64,000 bases of DNA from Acidimicrobiales bacterium (GCA_046081125.1 JBJTVH010000040.1:109-64108), one strand, 5' to 3'. Numbered from the stretch's first letter, positions 18,319 to 28,161 are shown. Numbers and translations: made by a program. Notes: generated by a model not told the origin, from the letters alone.

Positions 18319-20291
18319 ACGCCGCCGAGCGCTACCTGCAGGGCCGGCTCGACGGTGTGCGCGCCCGCGTAGCCGCTGCGATCGAGCGACGCCGCGCCGG
18401 CGATCCCGACCCCGGCGATCGCTTCCGCGGGCTCTACGTCAGCGACGAGCAGGCGGGTCGGCTGCTCGACGACCGGCCGCCACTCGCCGACGTCCCCACC
18501 CTCGACGACGACCTCGAGCGCTGGGCCGACGAGCGCGAGCAGGATGGCGCCGTCGTGCACCTGCGCGACACCGCCCGGGCCTTCGGGCTCGATCCGGTCG
18601 AGGTCGAGCTGATGCTCGTCGCCGCCGCACCGGATCTCGATCCCCGCCTCGAGCGCGCCTACGGCTACCTGCACGACGACGTCACCCGACGGCGGGCCAC
18701 GATCGGCCTCGCGATCGAGCTGACCGGCGGCCGGCCCGACGACCCGGCGGCCCGGGCCCGGCTCGGCCCGGTCGGCACGCTCGTGCGGTTCGGGCTCGTC
18801 GTGGTGGAGGAGACCGACCGGCCGGTGCTGTCGCGGTCGCTGCGCGTGCCGGACTGCGTGCTCGATCACCTGCTCGCCGGCCAGGGCGCCGACCCGGTGG
18901 TCGACGCCCTGCGAGAACGGCCCGTCGCGGCGAACGACATCGACGGCGAATCCTTGGCCCGCGCGCTGCGCTTCGGGTGCCCGCTCGTCTACGTGCGCGA
19001 CCGGCTCGGGGCGGCGACGCTGTCGTTCGCCGTGCGCGGCGTCCACGCCGCCGGCCGGGAGGCGCTCGTGGTCGATCTCGACCGTCTCGCCCCCGGTGCC
19101 GACGTCGCCGCAGTGACCCAGTCGCTCGTGCGCGCCGCCCGGCTCGACGGGGCGGTGCTGGTGGCCGGGCCGATCGAGGCACTGTCCGAGCGTGACGCCG
19201 CGGCGGCCCGGCAGCTCGCCGACGCCGAGGTCGACACCGTGCTGATCGGACACCGGGCCTGGGACCCGGTGTGGTCGCGCCGACCGCCCCTGCAGCTCGA
19301 CCCGCCGGACATCACCGGTGACTTCGCCGCAGGCCTGCCGTTCCGCCTCACCCCCGAGCAGGCCGCCCGGGCGCGCGCCGCGGCCGAACTGCAGGCGACG
19401 GCCTTCGGCGAGCCGGTCACCCTCGACCACCTCGCGGCGGGGGCCCGGGCCCAGAACGCGAGCGGCCTCGAGCGGCTGGCATTGCGGATCTCTCCGGTCG
19501 CCGGGTTCGACGACCTGGTCCTGCCCGAGCCCGTGACACAGCAACTCACCGACATCGTGGCCCGCGTCCGCCATCGGACCCGGGTGCTTGGCGACTGGGG
19601 GATGCGGCGTTCGGCCGGCAAGGGCCGTGGGGTGACGGCACTGTTCGCCGGCGACTCGGGCACCGGCAAGACGCTCTCGGCCGAGGTGGTCGCCGGGGCG
19701 CTCGGCCTCGACCTGTACGTGATCGACCTTGCGACGGTGATCGACAAGTACATCGGCGAGACCGAGAAGAACCTCGACCGGATCTTCCGGGAGGCCGACC
19801 GGGTGAACGGCGTGCTGCTGTTCGACGAAGCCGACGCGATCTTCGGCAAGCGCTCCGAGGTCCATGACGCCCGGGATCGCTACGCCAACGTCGAGGTGGC
19901 CTACCTCCTGCAGCGCATGGAGCGGTTCGACGGCATCGCCATCCTGACCACGAACCTGCGGGCCAACCTCGACGACGCATTCCTGCGCCGCCTCGACGCC
20001 CTCGTCGATTTCCCCACCCCGGACGAGCCGAGCCGTCGCCTGCTGTGGGAGCGCCACCTCCCCCGCAGCCTGCCCACCGGCTCCGACGTCGACCTCGGGT
20101 TCCTCGCCCGCGCGTTCGACCTCCCGGGCGGCAACATCCGCAACATCGCCGTGTCCGCCGCGTTCCTGGCCGCCGCCGCCGACCGGGACGTCGGGATGCC
20201 CGATCTGATCAAGGCCACCGTGCGCGAGTACCGCAAGCTCGGACGGCTGTGCCTGGAATCCGAGTTCGGGCCGTACTTCTCGCTCGTCTGA
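18315..20291 (+). CDS. AAA+ ATPase (Afp15/Pvc15-like)
   Basis: ATG 18315. Long N-terminal region followed by a single AAA+ module: Walker A GDSGTGKT, Walker B VLLFDEADA, sensor-1 ILTTN, second region of homology LRRLD. Confidence 0.9.
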   Translation: MNAAERYLQGRLDGVRARVAAAIERRRAGDPDPGDRFRGLYVSDEQAGRLLDDRPPLADVPTLDDDLERWADEREQDGAVVHLRDTARAFGLDPVEVELMLVAAAPDLDPRLERAYGYLHDDVTRRRATIGLAIELTGGRPDDPAARARLGPVGTLVRFGLVVVEETDRPVLSRSLRVPDCVLDHLLAGQGADPVVDALRERPVAANDIDGESLARALRFGCPLVYVRDRLGAATLSFAVRGVHAAGREALVVDLDRLAPGADVAAVTQSLVRAARLDGAVLVAGPIEALSERDAAAARQLADAEVDTVLIGHRAWDPVWSRRPPLQLDPPDITGDFAAGLPFRLTPEQAARARAAAELQATAFGEPVTLDHLAAGARAQNASGLERLALRISPVAGFDDLVLPEPVTQQLTDIVARVRHRTRVLGDWGMRRSAGKGRGVTALFAGDSGTGKTLSAEVVAGALGLDLYVIDLATVIDKYIGETEKNLDRIFREADRVNGVLLFDEADAIFGKRSEVHDARDRYANVEVAYLLQRMERFDGIAILTTNLRANLDDAFLRRLDALVDFPTPDEPSRRLLWERHLPRSLPTGSDVDLGFLARAFDLPGGNIRNIAVSAAFLAAAADRDVGMPDLIKATVREYRKLGRLCLESEFGPYFSLV

Positions 20292-20297
20292 TCGCCC

Positions 20298-23200
20298 TCA
20301 CGGCGGCGCCACGGACATGTTCGGCTCCGGCGCCGCGGGCGACTCCGAGGAGCCGTACTCCGACGCCGTGCCGTCGACCGCGGCCCGGCCGACGCCCGAG
20401 AGCACCCGGGCGATCGTGCTGCGGTAGGCGAGCCAGCGGGCATGGTTCGCCATCTGCGCCGACATCGCCTCGATGGCCGAGGCGCTGTGGGCGAGGTTCG
20501 CCTCCTGCCGCAACGCCGTGAGCAGGCTGGTCGACTGCTGGGTGACGGCGGCGAGCGCCGCTTCGGCATCGGCCCGGATCGCCGCATCCACGACACCGCG
20601 ATCGGCGCGCACCTTGATGCTCTCGAATCGGGTCACCAGGTCGGCGAACACGCCTTCGGCCGGGCCCTCGAAGCCGACCTCCGCCATACGTCGGCCGTAC
20701 TTGCCGATGCTGCGGAACGCGTCCGCAAGCTGTCCCGGGTTGACGGCGTGGTGCAGTTCCTCCACCGCGTGACGGATCTTGGGGATCTGGTCGATCACCG
20801 AAGACATCCGATCGACGGCGGACATCGGTGCGCCGAGCGGTCCGATCCCGCCGGGTGGCTCGTACAGGCCTCGCTCGGTCACGTAGCGCCGGGTGCCGCC
20901 GCTGGTGAAGTAGCCGCCCTCCTCGGCGGCGTTGATCATCGACTGCCGCTCGACGATCGACTCGGCCACCCGGGCCTGCGCGGCGGTATCCCCGGACCGG
21001 CAGGCCTCGACGAGTTGCTGCTGAAGGGCGTCCACCTCGTGCGACAGCGCGTTGGCCTGCGTCGCGTTCATCACCGACACCCGCCGCACCGGGATCCCGG
21101 CGGCATCCATCTGGGCGCGCAGCGCAGCGACCGCCGCCTCGTCGCCGGCCTGCTGGGCCATCTGGAGCTGCGAGTTCATGACCATCACCTGCTGCGAGGC
21201 CGCCGTGCGCCGGGCGATGTCCTCCCGCAGCGCATCGGGCACCACCTCGGTGAAGGCCCGCATGCGGGCGGCGTCGGTGAAGAAGTCGTTCTTCAGCAGC
21301 CGGTTCAACCCTCCGGGCCCGGTCCCGGCTCGCTCGGCCAGGAACAGCCGCGCCCGGTCACGGTTCTCGGCAGCGAAGGTGCCGTAGGTGGAGATGTCGA
21401 GGTCGTTCTTGAACGACCCGCGCGATCCGGTCGCTTCGAGCAACGGCTGACCCTCGGCGATCCCCTCCCGTCGCAGCCCGTTCGGCGCCCAGTTCAGGAG
21501 ATCCCCGTAGAGCACTTCGCGCCAGGCCACGAGCGCCTTGCCGGTCTCGGACTCGTTGCCGAGCACCGACGACAACATCGTCCATCCCCCGGCCTGGTCG
21601 AGCAGGCCCTTGGGGCCGAGGGCGGCGAGCCCGTCGCGCGCCGCCGCCTCGGCCGCAGCACCCCGCAACTTGCCGCTCGCGATCAACGCCACCCGCTGAC
21701 CGACCGAGCGCGACACCGCCGCGCCGGCCCCGGAGGCACCCGCCTCGACGCCCTCGCGGGCGAGCAACTCCTGGTAGGCGAGCACCTGCCGGCCCGCCGC
21801 CGAGTCCCGCCCGACCGCGGTGAGCAACTCCTCGGCGCTCTTCCCCGACAGGCGCATCGCCTCGGGCACCCCGACCTCGCCGATCCCGCGCGCCAGCACC
21901 TCGGCGGCGTTGGGCGGAAGCGCACCCCGCCCGATCTCGGCGAGCGCGGCGGCCCCCATGCGCTCTTGCGCCGCTCGGGTGACGCCGCGCTCGGCAAACA
22001 ACGCGCGGCCGCGCCCCACACTCTGGAAGCCGTCCAGGAACGCGAAGACCGTATCGAGGATCGCTGCGACGAGCGCCGCATCGGCCTGCCCCTGTGAAAC
22101 GAGCGCCGTCTCCGGTGACGTCGAGGCCCGGGCTGCGACCGCAAGGTCCTCCCACTGCTCCCAACTGCGCGCCGCCATGCTCGCACTGGTGGCCACGCCG
22201 CCGACGAGCGCCACGGTGGCCAAGCCGCCGCTCGCGATCTCGGCGACCACGAACAACGCGCCCGACAGCACGCCGCCGCCGATGGCGAGCAGGGTCTGCA
22301 TCCCCTCGTGGTCGCCGATCACGCCTTGGCCGATGGTGCGGTAGAAGCGGCCCTGCTCGGCGTAGAGCTGGCCGTGGATGGGCTGCAGGTCCCGCCAGTC
22401 GAGGTCGCCGGAATCGATCTTCGGCTGGGTTTCGCGGATCTTGGTCTCGGTCTCGCGCAGCTGGGTGGCCATCTCGGTGCGGGCCTGCTGTGGGCTGGCC
22501 TGCGCCAGGGCATCGACCCGGTTGTCACGTATGGCGAGATGCACGGTCGGCGACATCGCCGAATACCCCGTGAGGACCGCCTGAACCCTGTCCCAGTTGG
22601 TCTTCACCGCGTCCCAGCTCGAGAACCCCGGCTCGGTCGAGGCACGGGTCGGTTGGGTGTTCGGATCGAAGCGGGACACCACCTCGTCGGGTCCGAACGA
22701 GGGCATGTCGCTGTAGTTCGGAATCGTGTCGTAGCCGACCGGGATCTCCCGCAACCCAGCGGCGAACTGCTGGGCCCGGCCGACCTCGACGAGGATCTGC
22801 TGCACGAACGCGAGCCGGTCGTCCTGGTCGTTGCGGACCGCTTCGTTCGGCGCCGACGCCTCCAACCCCATCGCCTCGATCTCGCCGTGGACGCTCGTGA
22901 GGTTCCGGGCCATGTAGTCCCGGGCCCGCTGCTTGGTGTCGTTCTCGAACCGGGTCCGCAGCGCCGCCACAGCGCCGATCGAGTGCAGCTCCGCGCCCCG
23001 GGCGATGCACCCCTCCCACAGCGCGAAGTTGGCCTCGGCCACGCCCTGGATTCCGGCGCCGAAGCTGTCCCAGATCCGCTCCATCGCCGACTCGTCGAGC
23101 GGACCGGCCCAGCCCTGGTTCGAGAGCATCGACAACGCTCGGATCCGTTCCGGTTGACTGAACGACCCCCACGACATGATGTCCTTGAGGGGTCCGACGT

Positions 23201-23471
23201 CGTCGAGGGTGATCGCCCGGTCGTAGCGGCTGCGGTCGGTCTCGGCCGCCCGCTCCAACGGGGCGGCGAGCTGCTCGTCGGTGATCCGAGCGACGAACGT
23301 CCCGGCGGCCTGGTTGCCCGCGAGCCGCTGCACCCGACCCACCATCGCTGCGGCCATGCCGGCCGGTGCGGCCGGATCGAGGACCGGCGGGGCACCCTCC
23401 GGCGACCGGCCGGCGGTGCGCGCCGTGCGAGCCGGTGCCGGTTCCGCCGCCGGCCGCGCCCGCTGCGTCAC
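20298..23471 (-). CDS. large (1057 aa) CIS-associated orphan protein; candidate cargo/effector or structural extension
   Basis: GTG 23471 overlaps the stop of the gpI-like gene (GTGA). The N-terminus has MVGRVQRLAGNQAAGTFV. Central hydrophobic hairpin LLAIGGGVLSGALFVVAEIASGGLATVALVGGVATSA. The remainder is Ala/Glu/Arg/Gln-rich and looks helical. No family recognised. Confidence 0.75.
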   Translation of the reverse strand: MTQRARPAAEPAPARTARTAGRSPEGAPPVLDPAAPAGMAAAMVGRVQRLAGNQAAGTFVARITDEQLAAPLERAAETDRSRYDRAITLDDVGPLKDIMSWGSFSQPERIRALSMLSNQGWAGPLDESAMERIWDSFGAGIQGVAEANFALWEGCIARGAELHSIGAVAALRTRFENDTKQRARDYMARNLTSVHGEIEAMGLEASAPNEAVRNDQDDRLAFVQQILVEVGRAQQFAAGLREIPVGYDTIPNYSDMPSFGPDEVVSRFDPNTQPTRASTEPGFSSWDAVKTNWDRVQAVLTGYSAMSPTVHLAIRDNRVDALAQASPQQARTEMATQLRETETKIRETQPKIDSGDLDWRDLQPIHGQLYAEQGRFYRTIGQGVIGDHEGMQTLLAIGGGVLSGALFVVAEIASGGLATVALVGGVATSASMAARSWEQWEDLAVAARASTSPETALVSQGQADAALVAAILDTVFAFLDGFQSVGRGRALFAERGVTRAAQERMGAAALAEIGRGALPPNAAEVLARGIGEVGVPEAMRLSGKSAEELLTAVGRDSAAGRQVLAYQELLAREGVEAGASGAGAAVSRSVGQRVALIASGKLRGAAAEAAARDGLAALGPKGLLDQAGGWTMLSSVLGNESETGKALVAWREVLYGDLLNWAPNGLRREGIAEGQPLLEATGSRGSFKNDLDISTYGTFAAENRDRARLFLAERAGTGPGGLNRLLKNDFFTDAARMRAFTEVVPDALREDIARRTAASQQVMVMNSQLQMAQQAGDEAAVAALRAQMDAAGIPVRRVSVMNATQANALSHEVDALQQQLVEACRSGDTAAQARVAESIVERQSMINAAEEGGYFTSGGTRRYVTERGLYEPPGGIGPLGAPMSAVDRMSSVIDQIPKIRHAVEELHHAVNPGQLADAFRSIGKYGRRMAEVGFEGPAEGVFADLVTRFESIKVRADRGVVDAAIRADAEAALAAVTQQSTSLLTALRQEANLAHSASAIEAMSAQMANHARWLAYRSTIARVLSGVGRAAVDGTASEYGSSESPAAPEPNMSVAPP

Positions 23472-24046
23472 CGGGGAACGACCTCGACACGCACGGGCAC
23501 ATGGGCCGGGGTCGCTGCGCGTACCAGCCGGCTGACCCGATCGAGTTCGGCGGGAATGAGCGGCGCCGCCACCCGAACGAGGATCCCCGGCGCGCTCGTC
23601 CCCGGCGCGACGCCACCGGGCCGGGCCGAGACCGCGACCCCCCCGTTGTCGAGCACCTCGACCCGACCGCCGAGGTACGCCTCGACGAGCTCGCGCACGC
23701 CCTTGGCGGTCCCCCGCCACCGGAACAGCTCGACGCCGGAGGCAACGAGACGGCGGAGCTGCTCAGGCCGCCAGTTGTCGTCGACCGCAAGGCCCACCCA
23801 ACCGGCCACCCAGGACAGCACGTCGAGCGGCGAGAGCGCCGGATCGAGGTAGGCATCGAGGTTGTCGAGCGTCAGCCACACCGGGGCGAGCACGGCGTCG
23901 AGGGCGTCACACAGGAGCATCGCGTTGGCGTCGAGTTCCTGGTAGATCGCCGGAAGCAACGATCCGAGCCCGACCGCGCCGCGCCCGACGAAGCCGGGGA
24001 CGGGTTCGACCCCCGGCAGCGACCAGTCCTCGAACCCGGCCCTCAT
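23468..24046 (-). CDS. phage tail protein, P2 gpI-like domain (baseplate wedge, Afp12-position)
   Basis: ATG 24046 overlaps the baseplate J stop (ATGA). 192 aa. LPAIYQELDANAMLLCDALDAVLAPVWLTLDNLDAYLDP..SPLDVLSWVAGWVGL resembles the gpI N-terminal tail-protein domain. The longer ORF-track version (to 25252) overlaps baseplate J in another frame. Confidence 0.75.
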   Translation of the reverse strand: MRAGFEDWSLPGVEPVPGFVGRGAVGLGSLLPAIYQELDANAMLLCDALDAVLAPVWLTLDNLDAYLDPALSPLDVLSWVAGWVGLAVDDNWRPEQLRRLVASGVELFRWRGTAKGVRELVEAYLGGRVEVLDNGGVAVSARPGGVAPGTSAPGILVRVAAPLIPAELDRVSRLVRAATPAHVPVRVEVVPR

Positions 24047-26016
24047 GTCGACCCCTGCAACCGCACCTCGCAGCGCTCCAGGTACGGAAGCCCGTTGGCT
24101 TGCGGGACCAGGCGCGGTTGGGGCTGCGGGGCGTACTGCCCGGTGGCGAGGTCGATGGCGAACAGCAGGAGGTCCTCCACCTGGTCCACCCCCGGAAGGC
24201 GGGCCACCGCGCCGACGAGTTCCCCCGTGGTGACCGGCCGCCCGAGCGGCCATCCGGTGCCGTCGGGTCCGCCGTGGACCGGGTGCAGGTGGCGGCGCAC
24301 GGCGGCGACCACCCGCGCTTCGAGTTCGGCGGCGTTCGCGGTGGCCCACGGCCGCACGAACACGACGATCCGCACGCCTTGGTAGACGGGCGGCTCGATC
24401 ACCACGCGGGCGCCGAGGACCCGGCGCAGATCCAGTTCGGCGGCCACTCGGCCCAAGGTGTCGGCGTCGGGTTGGAGTTGCTCCGGGCTGGGCTGCTCGG
24501 GCACGTGGGGCACCACGAGCAACCGGACGACGCCCGGCTCGGCCGCCGGCGTGAGGCAGTGGGCCCGGGCCAGGTTCCGAGACGCCTGCAGCGCAAGGTA
24601 CTCGTAGTCCTCGGCCGTGACCGCCCGGTCCCGCGTGCGGAACGCGAGCGGGGCGCGTGCCTTCGCCGCGTCGACCGTCTCGCCGTCGACCCCGCCGGTC
24701 GCCGCCCGCCGGTTCTCCACGCGTGCCACCGAGGGCACGGAGGCCTTCAGCACCCGCAGGGTTCCCGGCAGGACGTTGCCGACCCGGCCGCCGCCGTGCA
24801 GGTAGCGGCGCACCCGCAACACGCTGCCGGCCGGGGGGACCGCGCCGTACTGGCGCAGCGCACCCTCGGGCTCGCGCACCGCCGGTCCGAACACGATCCG
24901 CCCTGCGGTGGCGTCGATCCGGAACACGCGATCGGTCGGACCGGCATCGACGAAGTCGTCCACCCGGCGCCACTCGTGCACCACGGCCGCCGTGGTGCCG
25001 TCGGCCTGCTCGAGGTCCTGCATGGCCTCGATCACCTCGGGTTCGCCGCCGAACACCACCGGGCGGTGCTCGAGGTCGTAGGTCTGGCCGGGTGCCCCCT
25101 CGGAGTTCCCGAGCACCTCGGCGAGCACCTCGGTGGCGTGCCGGGCGCCCGTGGTACCGCCGACGGTGAACGCCATCAGGTCGGTGATCCGGGGCGAGGC
25201 CCGGTACGGGTTGTCGCCCGGAGGGGTGGCAGCCACCACGCAGCGCACCCAACCGCCCCGCTGACCCGACACGGTCGAGGCCGCATGATCGGCGGGGAGG
25301 TGCAACACCACGTCACCGGGACGGTTGAACCCACCTGTGGTGTCCCGCTCGATCTCGCACGGCTTCCAGCCGTCGGCGGTCCATGCCTCCCAGACCCGGG
25401 GCGGCCGAAGCGGGTTGATGCCGAACCCCTCGACGCTGCCGGCGATGCGCAGGTCGAGCACACACGACGGCGCCGGATCGGACAGCCCGACGAAGCACGC
25501 GTCGCCGGGTTGCGGCGGCTCGGCGAACAGCGCCACGTCCCGACCGGTGGCCAGTGCGTTGGTGCGGTCCTCGAGTGCACCGCCGGCGGGCTGCACGGCG
25601 ATGGCGATCCGCCGGACCGGAACGATCGAGAGCTCCTCGACCGTGCGGAACACGACCGCTTCGGTCCGGTCGGTCCGCTCGGTGGCCACCTCGACGCCGG
25701 CCGGGACGGTCACCACGCGCGACTGCGGCGCGGTCAACCAGAACGTCACGTCTGTCGTCGCGGCGTGGGGCGGTCGCAGCTCGATGCCGAGCAGGTCGAG
25801 GAACTTCACGTAGAGGCGGTCGGGGACCCGGTTGAGCCGGTAGAGCAGCTGCTCCACCATGAACGCGAACGTCTCGATCAGCGTGACGCCGGGATCCGAC
25901 ACGTTGTGGTCGGTCCAGCCCGTCCACTCCGGCCAGCGGCGCTGCACCATGCGCTTGGCCTCGTCGACGAGCTGCTGGAACGTTCGGTCGTCGAGGTTCG
26001 GGGCGGGGAGGCTCAC
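24043..26016 (-). CDS. baseplate J-like protein (Afp11 / T4 gp6-like)
   Basis: 657 aa. N-terminus SLPAPNLDDRTFQQLVDEAKRMVQRRWPEWTGWTDHNVSDPGVTLIETFAFMVEQLLYRLN is typical of eCIS baseplate J proteins. Its start overlaps the gp25 stop. Confidence 0.85.
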   Translation of the reverse strand: MSLPAPNLDDRTFQQLVDEAKRMVQRRWPEWTGWTDHNVSDPGVTLIETFAFMVEQLLYRLNRVPDRLYVKFLDLLGIELRPPHAATTDVTFWLTAPQSRVVTVPAGVEVATERTDRTEAVVFRTVEELSIVPVRRIAIAVQPAGGALEDRTNALATGRDVALFAEPPQPGDACFVGLSDPAPSCVLDLRIAGSVEGFGINPLRPPRVWEAWTADGWKPCEIERDTTGGFNRPGDVVLHLPADHAASTVSGQRGGWVRCVVAATPPGDNPYRASPRITDLMAFTVGGTTGARHATEVLAEVLGNSEGAPGQTYDLEHRPVVFGGEPEVIEAMQDLEQADGTTAAVVHEWRRVDDFVDAGPTDRVFRIDATAGRIVFGPAVREPEGALRQYGAVPPAGSVLRVRRYLHGGGRVGNVLPGTLRVLKASVPSVARVENRRAATGGVDGETVDAAKARAPLAFRTRDRAVTAEDYEYLALQASRNLARAHCLTPAAEPGVVRLLVVPHVPEQPSPEQLQPDADTLGRVAAELDLRRVLGARVVIEPPVYQGVRIVVFVRPWATANAAELEARVVAAVRRHLHPVHGGPDGTGWPLGRPVTTGELVGAVARLPGVDQVEDLLLFAIDLATGQYAPQPQPRLVPQANGLPYLERCEVRLQGST

Positions 26017-26414
26017 GGCTGCTCCTGCGGGATGACGTAGAAGGGGAACACGAGGTTGCGCGGATCATTCGAGCCGCGGATCTCGTAACGGATGTCGATG
26101 TACAGGCACGAGCCGTCGGTCTCGTCGGCCCGCACGGTCACGTCGAGGACGTCGATGCGCGGTTCCCATCGCTCGAGTGCCCGAAGCACGGCGTCGCGCA
26201 GGCGTCCGGCGGTCTCCCGGTCGGCGGGAGCGAACACGTAGTCGTGGATGCCGCAACCGAACTCGGGCCGCATCGGGCGCTCGCCCGGTGCCGTCGCCAG
26301 GATCAGCCGGATGGCCTCCTCGATCTCCTGGACCCCGGTGACCAATGCGAGCGACCCGGACGGGTCGAGCCGCAACGGGAAGGCGATCCCTGCACCGATC
26401 GGACTGCGCGCCAT
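26013..26414 (-). CDS. GPW/gp25-family baseplate wedge protein (Afp9-like)
   Basis: 133 aa. GIAFPLRLDPSG...EEAIRLILATAPGERPMRPEFGCGIHDYVF is the gp25/GPW signature. Confidence 0.9.
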   Translation of the reverse strand: MARSPIGAGIAFPLRLDPSGSLALVTGVQEIEEAIRLILATAPGERPMRPEFGCGIHDYVFAPADRETAGRLRDAVLRALERWEPRIDVLDVTVRADETDGSCLYIDIRYEIRGSNDPRNLVFPFYVIPQEQP

Positions 26415-26427
26415 GGCCGTGCTCTCC

Positions 26428-28158
26428 TCAGTTGAGCTGGATCGGTTGACCGGACACCCGCACCGGGCCCGACCCGCTGACGGCGACTTGACCGCCGTCG
26501 AGATCCAGGTTCGATTGGGCCTTGACCTTCACCGATCGCCCGGACAGCTCGAGGGTGCCGGTGGCCTCGACGGTCACATCGCCCCGGGCGGAGATCTTCA
26601 CGTCGCCGTCGCTCTGCACGGTCAGGCTCTTGCCCGCTTGGTCGAGACGGATCGAGATCGCACCGTCGCCAGTTCGCAGTTCGATCCCCTCGGTGCCGCT
26701 CGCGTCGACGAAGACGAGTTGGTGGCCGGTGCGAGACGTGAACAGACGGTTGTTGACCGCGCCGTTGCCCGAGTCGAGCAGCTGGCCCGGGCCGGTCACC
26801 GCTTTGTCCTGGCCGTTGTAGAGCCCGCCGAGCACGTAGGGGTGGTTCATGTCGCCCTGCTCGAACGCGACGAGGACCTCGTCGCCGACCTCGGGCAGCA
26901 ACAGCCAGCCGCGGTCGGCACCTGCGCCGGCGTGACTGACCCGGGACCACACGCTCACGAACTGATCGGCGAGCCACGGGAAGCGCAGGCGCACCCGGCC
27001 GAGTTGGTCCGGGTCGTCGACGTCGTCCACGACGGCCGGCACGACGCCGGCGATCCGGGTCGACCCCCCATCACCCCCGCCGGTGAGCCCGAGCAGCGAG
27101 CGGGCCTCCCGGCCCGACACGGTGAACAGCGTCCGATACCCCTCGGTCGGGTCGTACCGGTGCGTGGTGGAGGTCAGCACGTACGTGCCGTCGAAGGGCG
27201 CGCCGGCGAGCGCTAGTCGCACTGCCGCACCGGCCCGCAACTTGGGATCGCCGTGCGCGATCCCGTCGATCTCGGCGAAGCTCGCCGCCACGTGCTCGGC
27301 GAGCGCCCGCGCGGCCGCGTCGGCGGCCCCTGCGTTGCGGATCGGCGGATCGACGGCGACCAGGGGCGGGCCCTTGAACAGGCCCGCGAGTTCGGCCGGC
27401 GTGTGGCCGTTGGCGATCGTGACGGTGCGGGCCGGCGCCGTCGCCGTGATCGCCCGCTTGTCGAGCGGGTCCCATCCCCGTACCTCGACCTGCTCGACCT
27501 GTTCGGCCGCGGTCACCGCGGCCCGAAGCTCGACCAGGTTGCCGCCCACCGTCAGCGTGAGCGGATCCTGGCTCGAGAGGTCGGCCTGCCCGGGTGCCCC
27601 CTGCGACGTCGACGGGGGTCGGAAATGGAGGCGGCCGTCGCTCACGAGCACCTCGTTGCCGACCTCCCGGGCCAGGCGACGAAGGAACTCCCAATCGTTC
27701 TCACTGGCCTGCGTGACATGCGGGTGGGTCGAGTTGGTCGCCACGATGTCGCCCGACCGGAGATGGTGCCGGTCGGCCACCTTCCGAGCGATGTCGGCAT
27801 AGGTGACGTTGACGTAGCTCTCCGTGATGCGGCCGTGGAACAACCGGTGGGACTCGTCGTAGCCCCGCACGACCGTGTAGCTGGTCCCGGCGTGGATCTC
27901 GGCCTCCAGCGCCGTGATCTCCCCTTCGATGAGCGGCTCGCCGGCGGGATGCGCGTCGTTGATCACCACCACCTTGAGCTTCGCCCCGATACGAGCCCCC
28001 ATGCGCTCGACGGCGTTGCGCGCCGGATCCTTGAGCGTGATCGAGAACGAATCCGGCAGGTGGAGGTGGTCCTCGACTTCCACCTCGACGATGTCGACGC
28101 CGTCGACGCGCGAACCGCCCACGCTGATCGCGAGGTTGTTGGACGGTTGCGCGGGCAC
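26428..28158 (-). CDS. VgrG / phage late control gpD-like spike-hub protein (Afp8-like)
   Basis: 576 aa. gpD-like N-domain (...SFSITLKDP...TVVRGYDESHRL...NDWEFLRRLAREVG). gp5-OB-like middle (RVRLRFPWL...SVWSRVSHAGAG). C-terminal beta-helix repeats. Confidence 0.9.
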   Translation of the reverse strand: MPAQPSNNLAISVGGSRVDGVDIVEVEVEDHLHLPDSFSITLKDPARNAVERMGARIGAKLKVVVINDAHPAGEPLIEGEITALEAEIHAGTSYTVVRGYDESHRLFHGRITESYVNVTYADIARKVADRHHLRSGDIVATNSTHPHVTQASENDWEFLRRLAREVGNEVLVSDGRLHFRPPSTSQGAPGQADLSSQDPLTLTVGGNLVELRAAVTAAEQVEQVEVRGWDPLDKRAITATAPARTVTIANGHTPAELAGLFKGPPLVAVDPPIRNAGAADAAARALAEHVAASFAEIDGIAHGDPKLRAGAAVRLALAGAPFDGTYVLTSTTHRYDPTEGYRTLFTVSGREARSLLGLTGGGDGGSTRIAGVVPAVVDDVDDPDQLGRVRLRFPWLADQFVSVWSRVSHAGAGADRGWLLLPEVGDEVLVAFEQGDMNHPYVLGGLYNGQDKAVTGPGQLLDSGNGAVNNRLFTSRTGHQLVFVDASGTEGIELRTGDGAISIRLDQAGKSLTVQSDGDVKISARGDVTVEATGTLELSGRSVKVKAQSNLDLDGGQVAVSGSGPVRVSGQPIQLN

Positions 28159-28161
28159 CGC

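Noticed and set aside
20298-23471. Calling the 1057-aa protein an Afp13-like tail fibre, or the classical Afp14 tape measure.
   Set aside because: It has no collagen-like, beta-helix or fibre-repeat patterns and no receptor-binding-type C-terminus. The tape-measure slot by synteny is occupied by 29292..31514. It is kept as an unassigned cargo or structural candidate.
23468-25252. A 594-aa version of the gpI-like tail protein ORF.
   Set aside because: Only the last 192 codons look like a tail protein. The upstream 400 codons overlap baseplate J in another frame and read as Arg/Pro/Gly noise. ATG 24046, overlapping the J stop (ATGA), fits the operon's coupling pattern.
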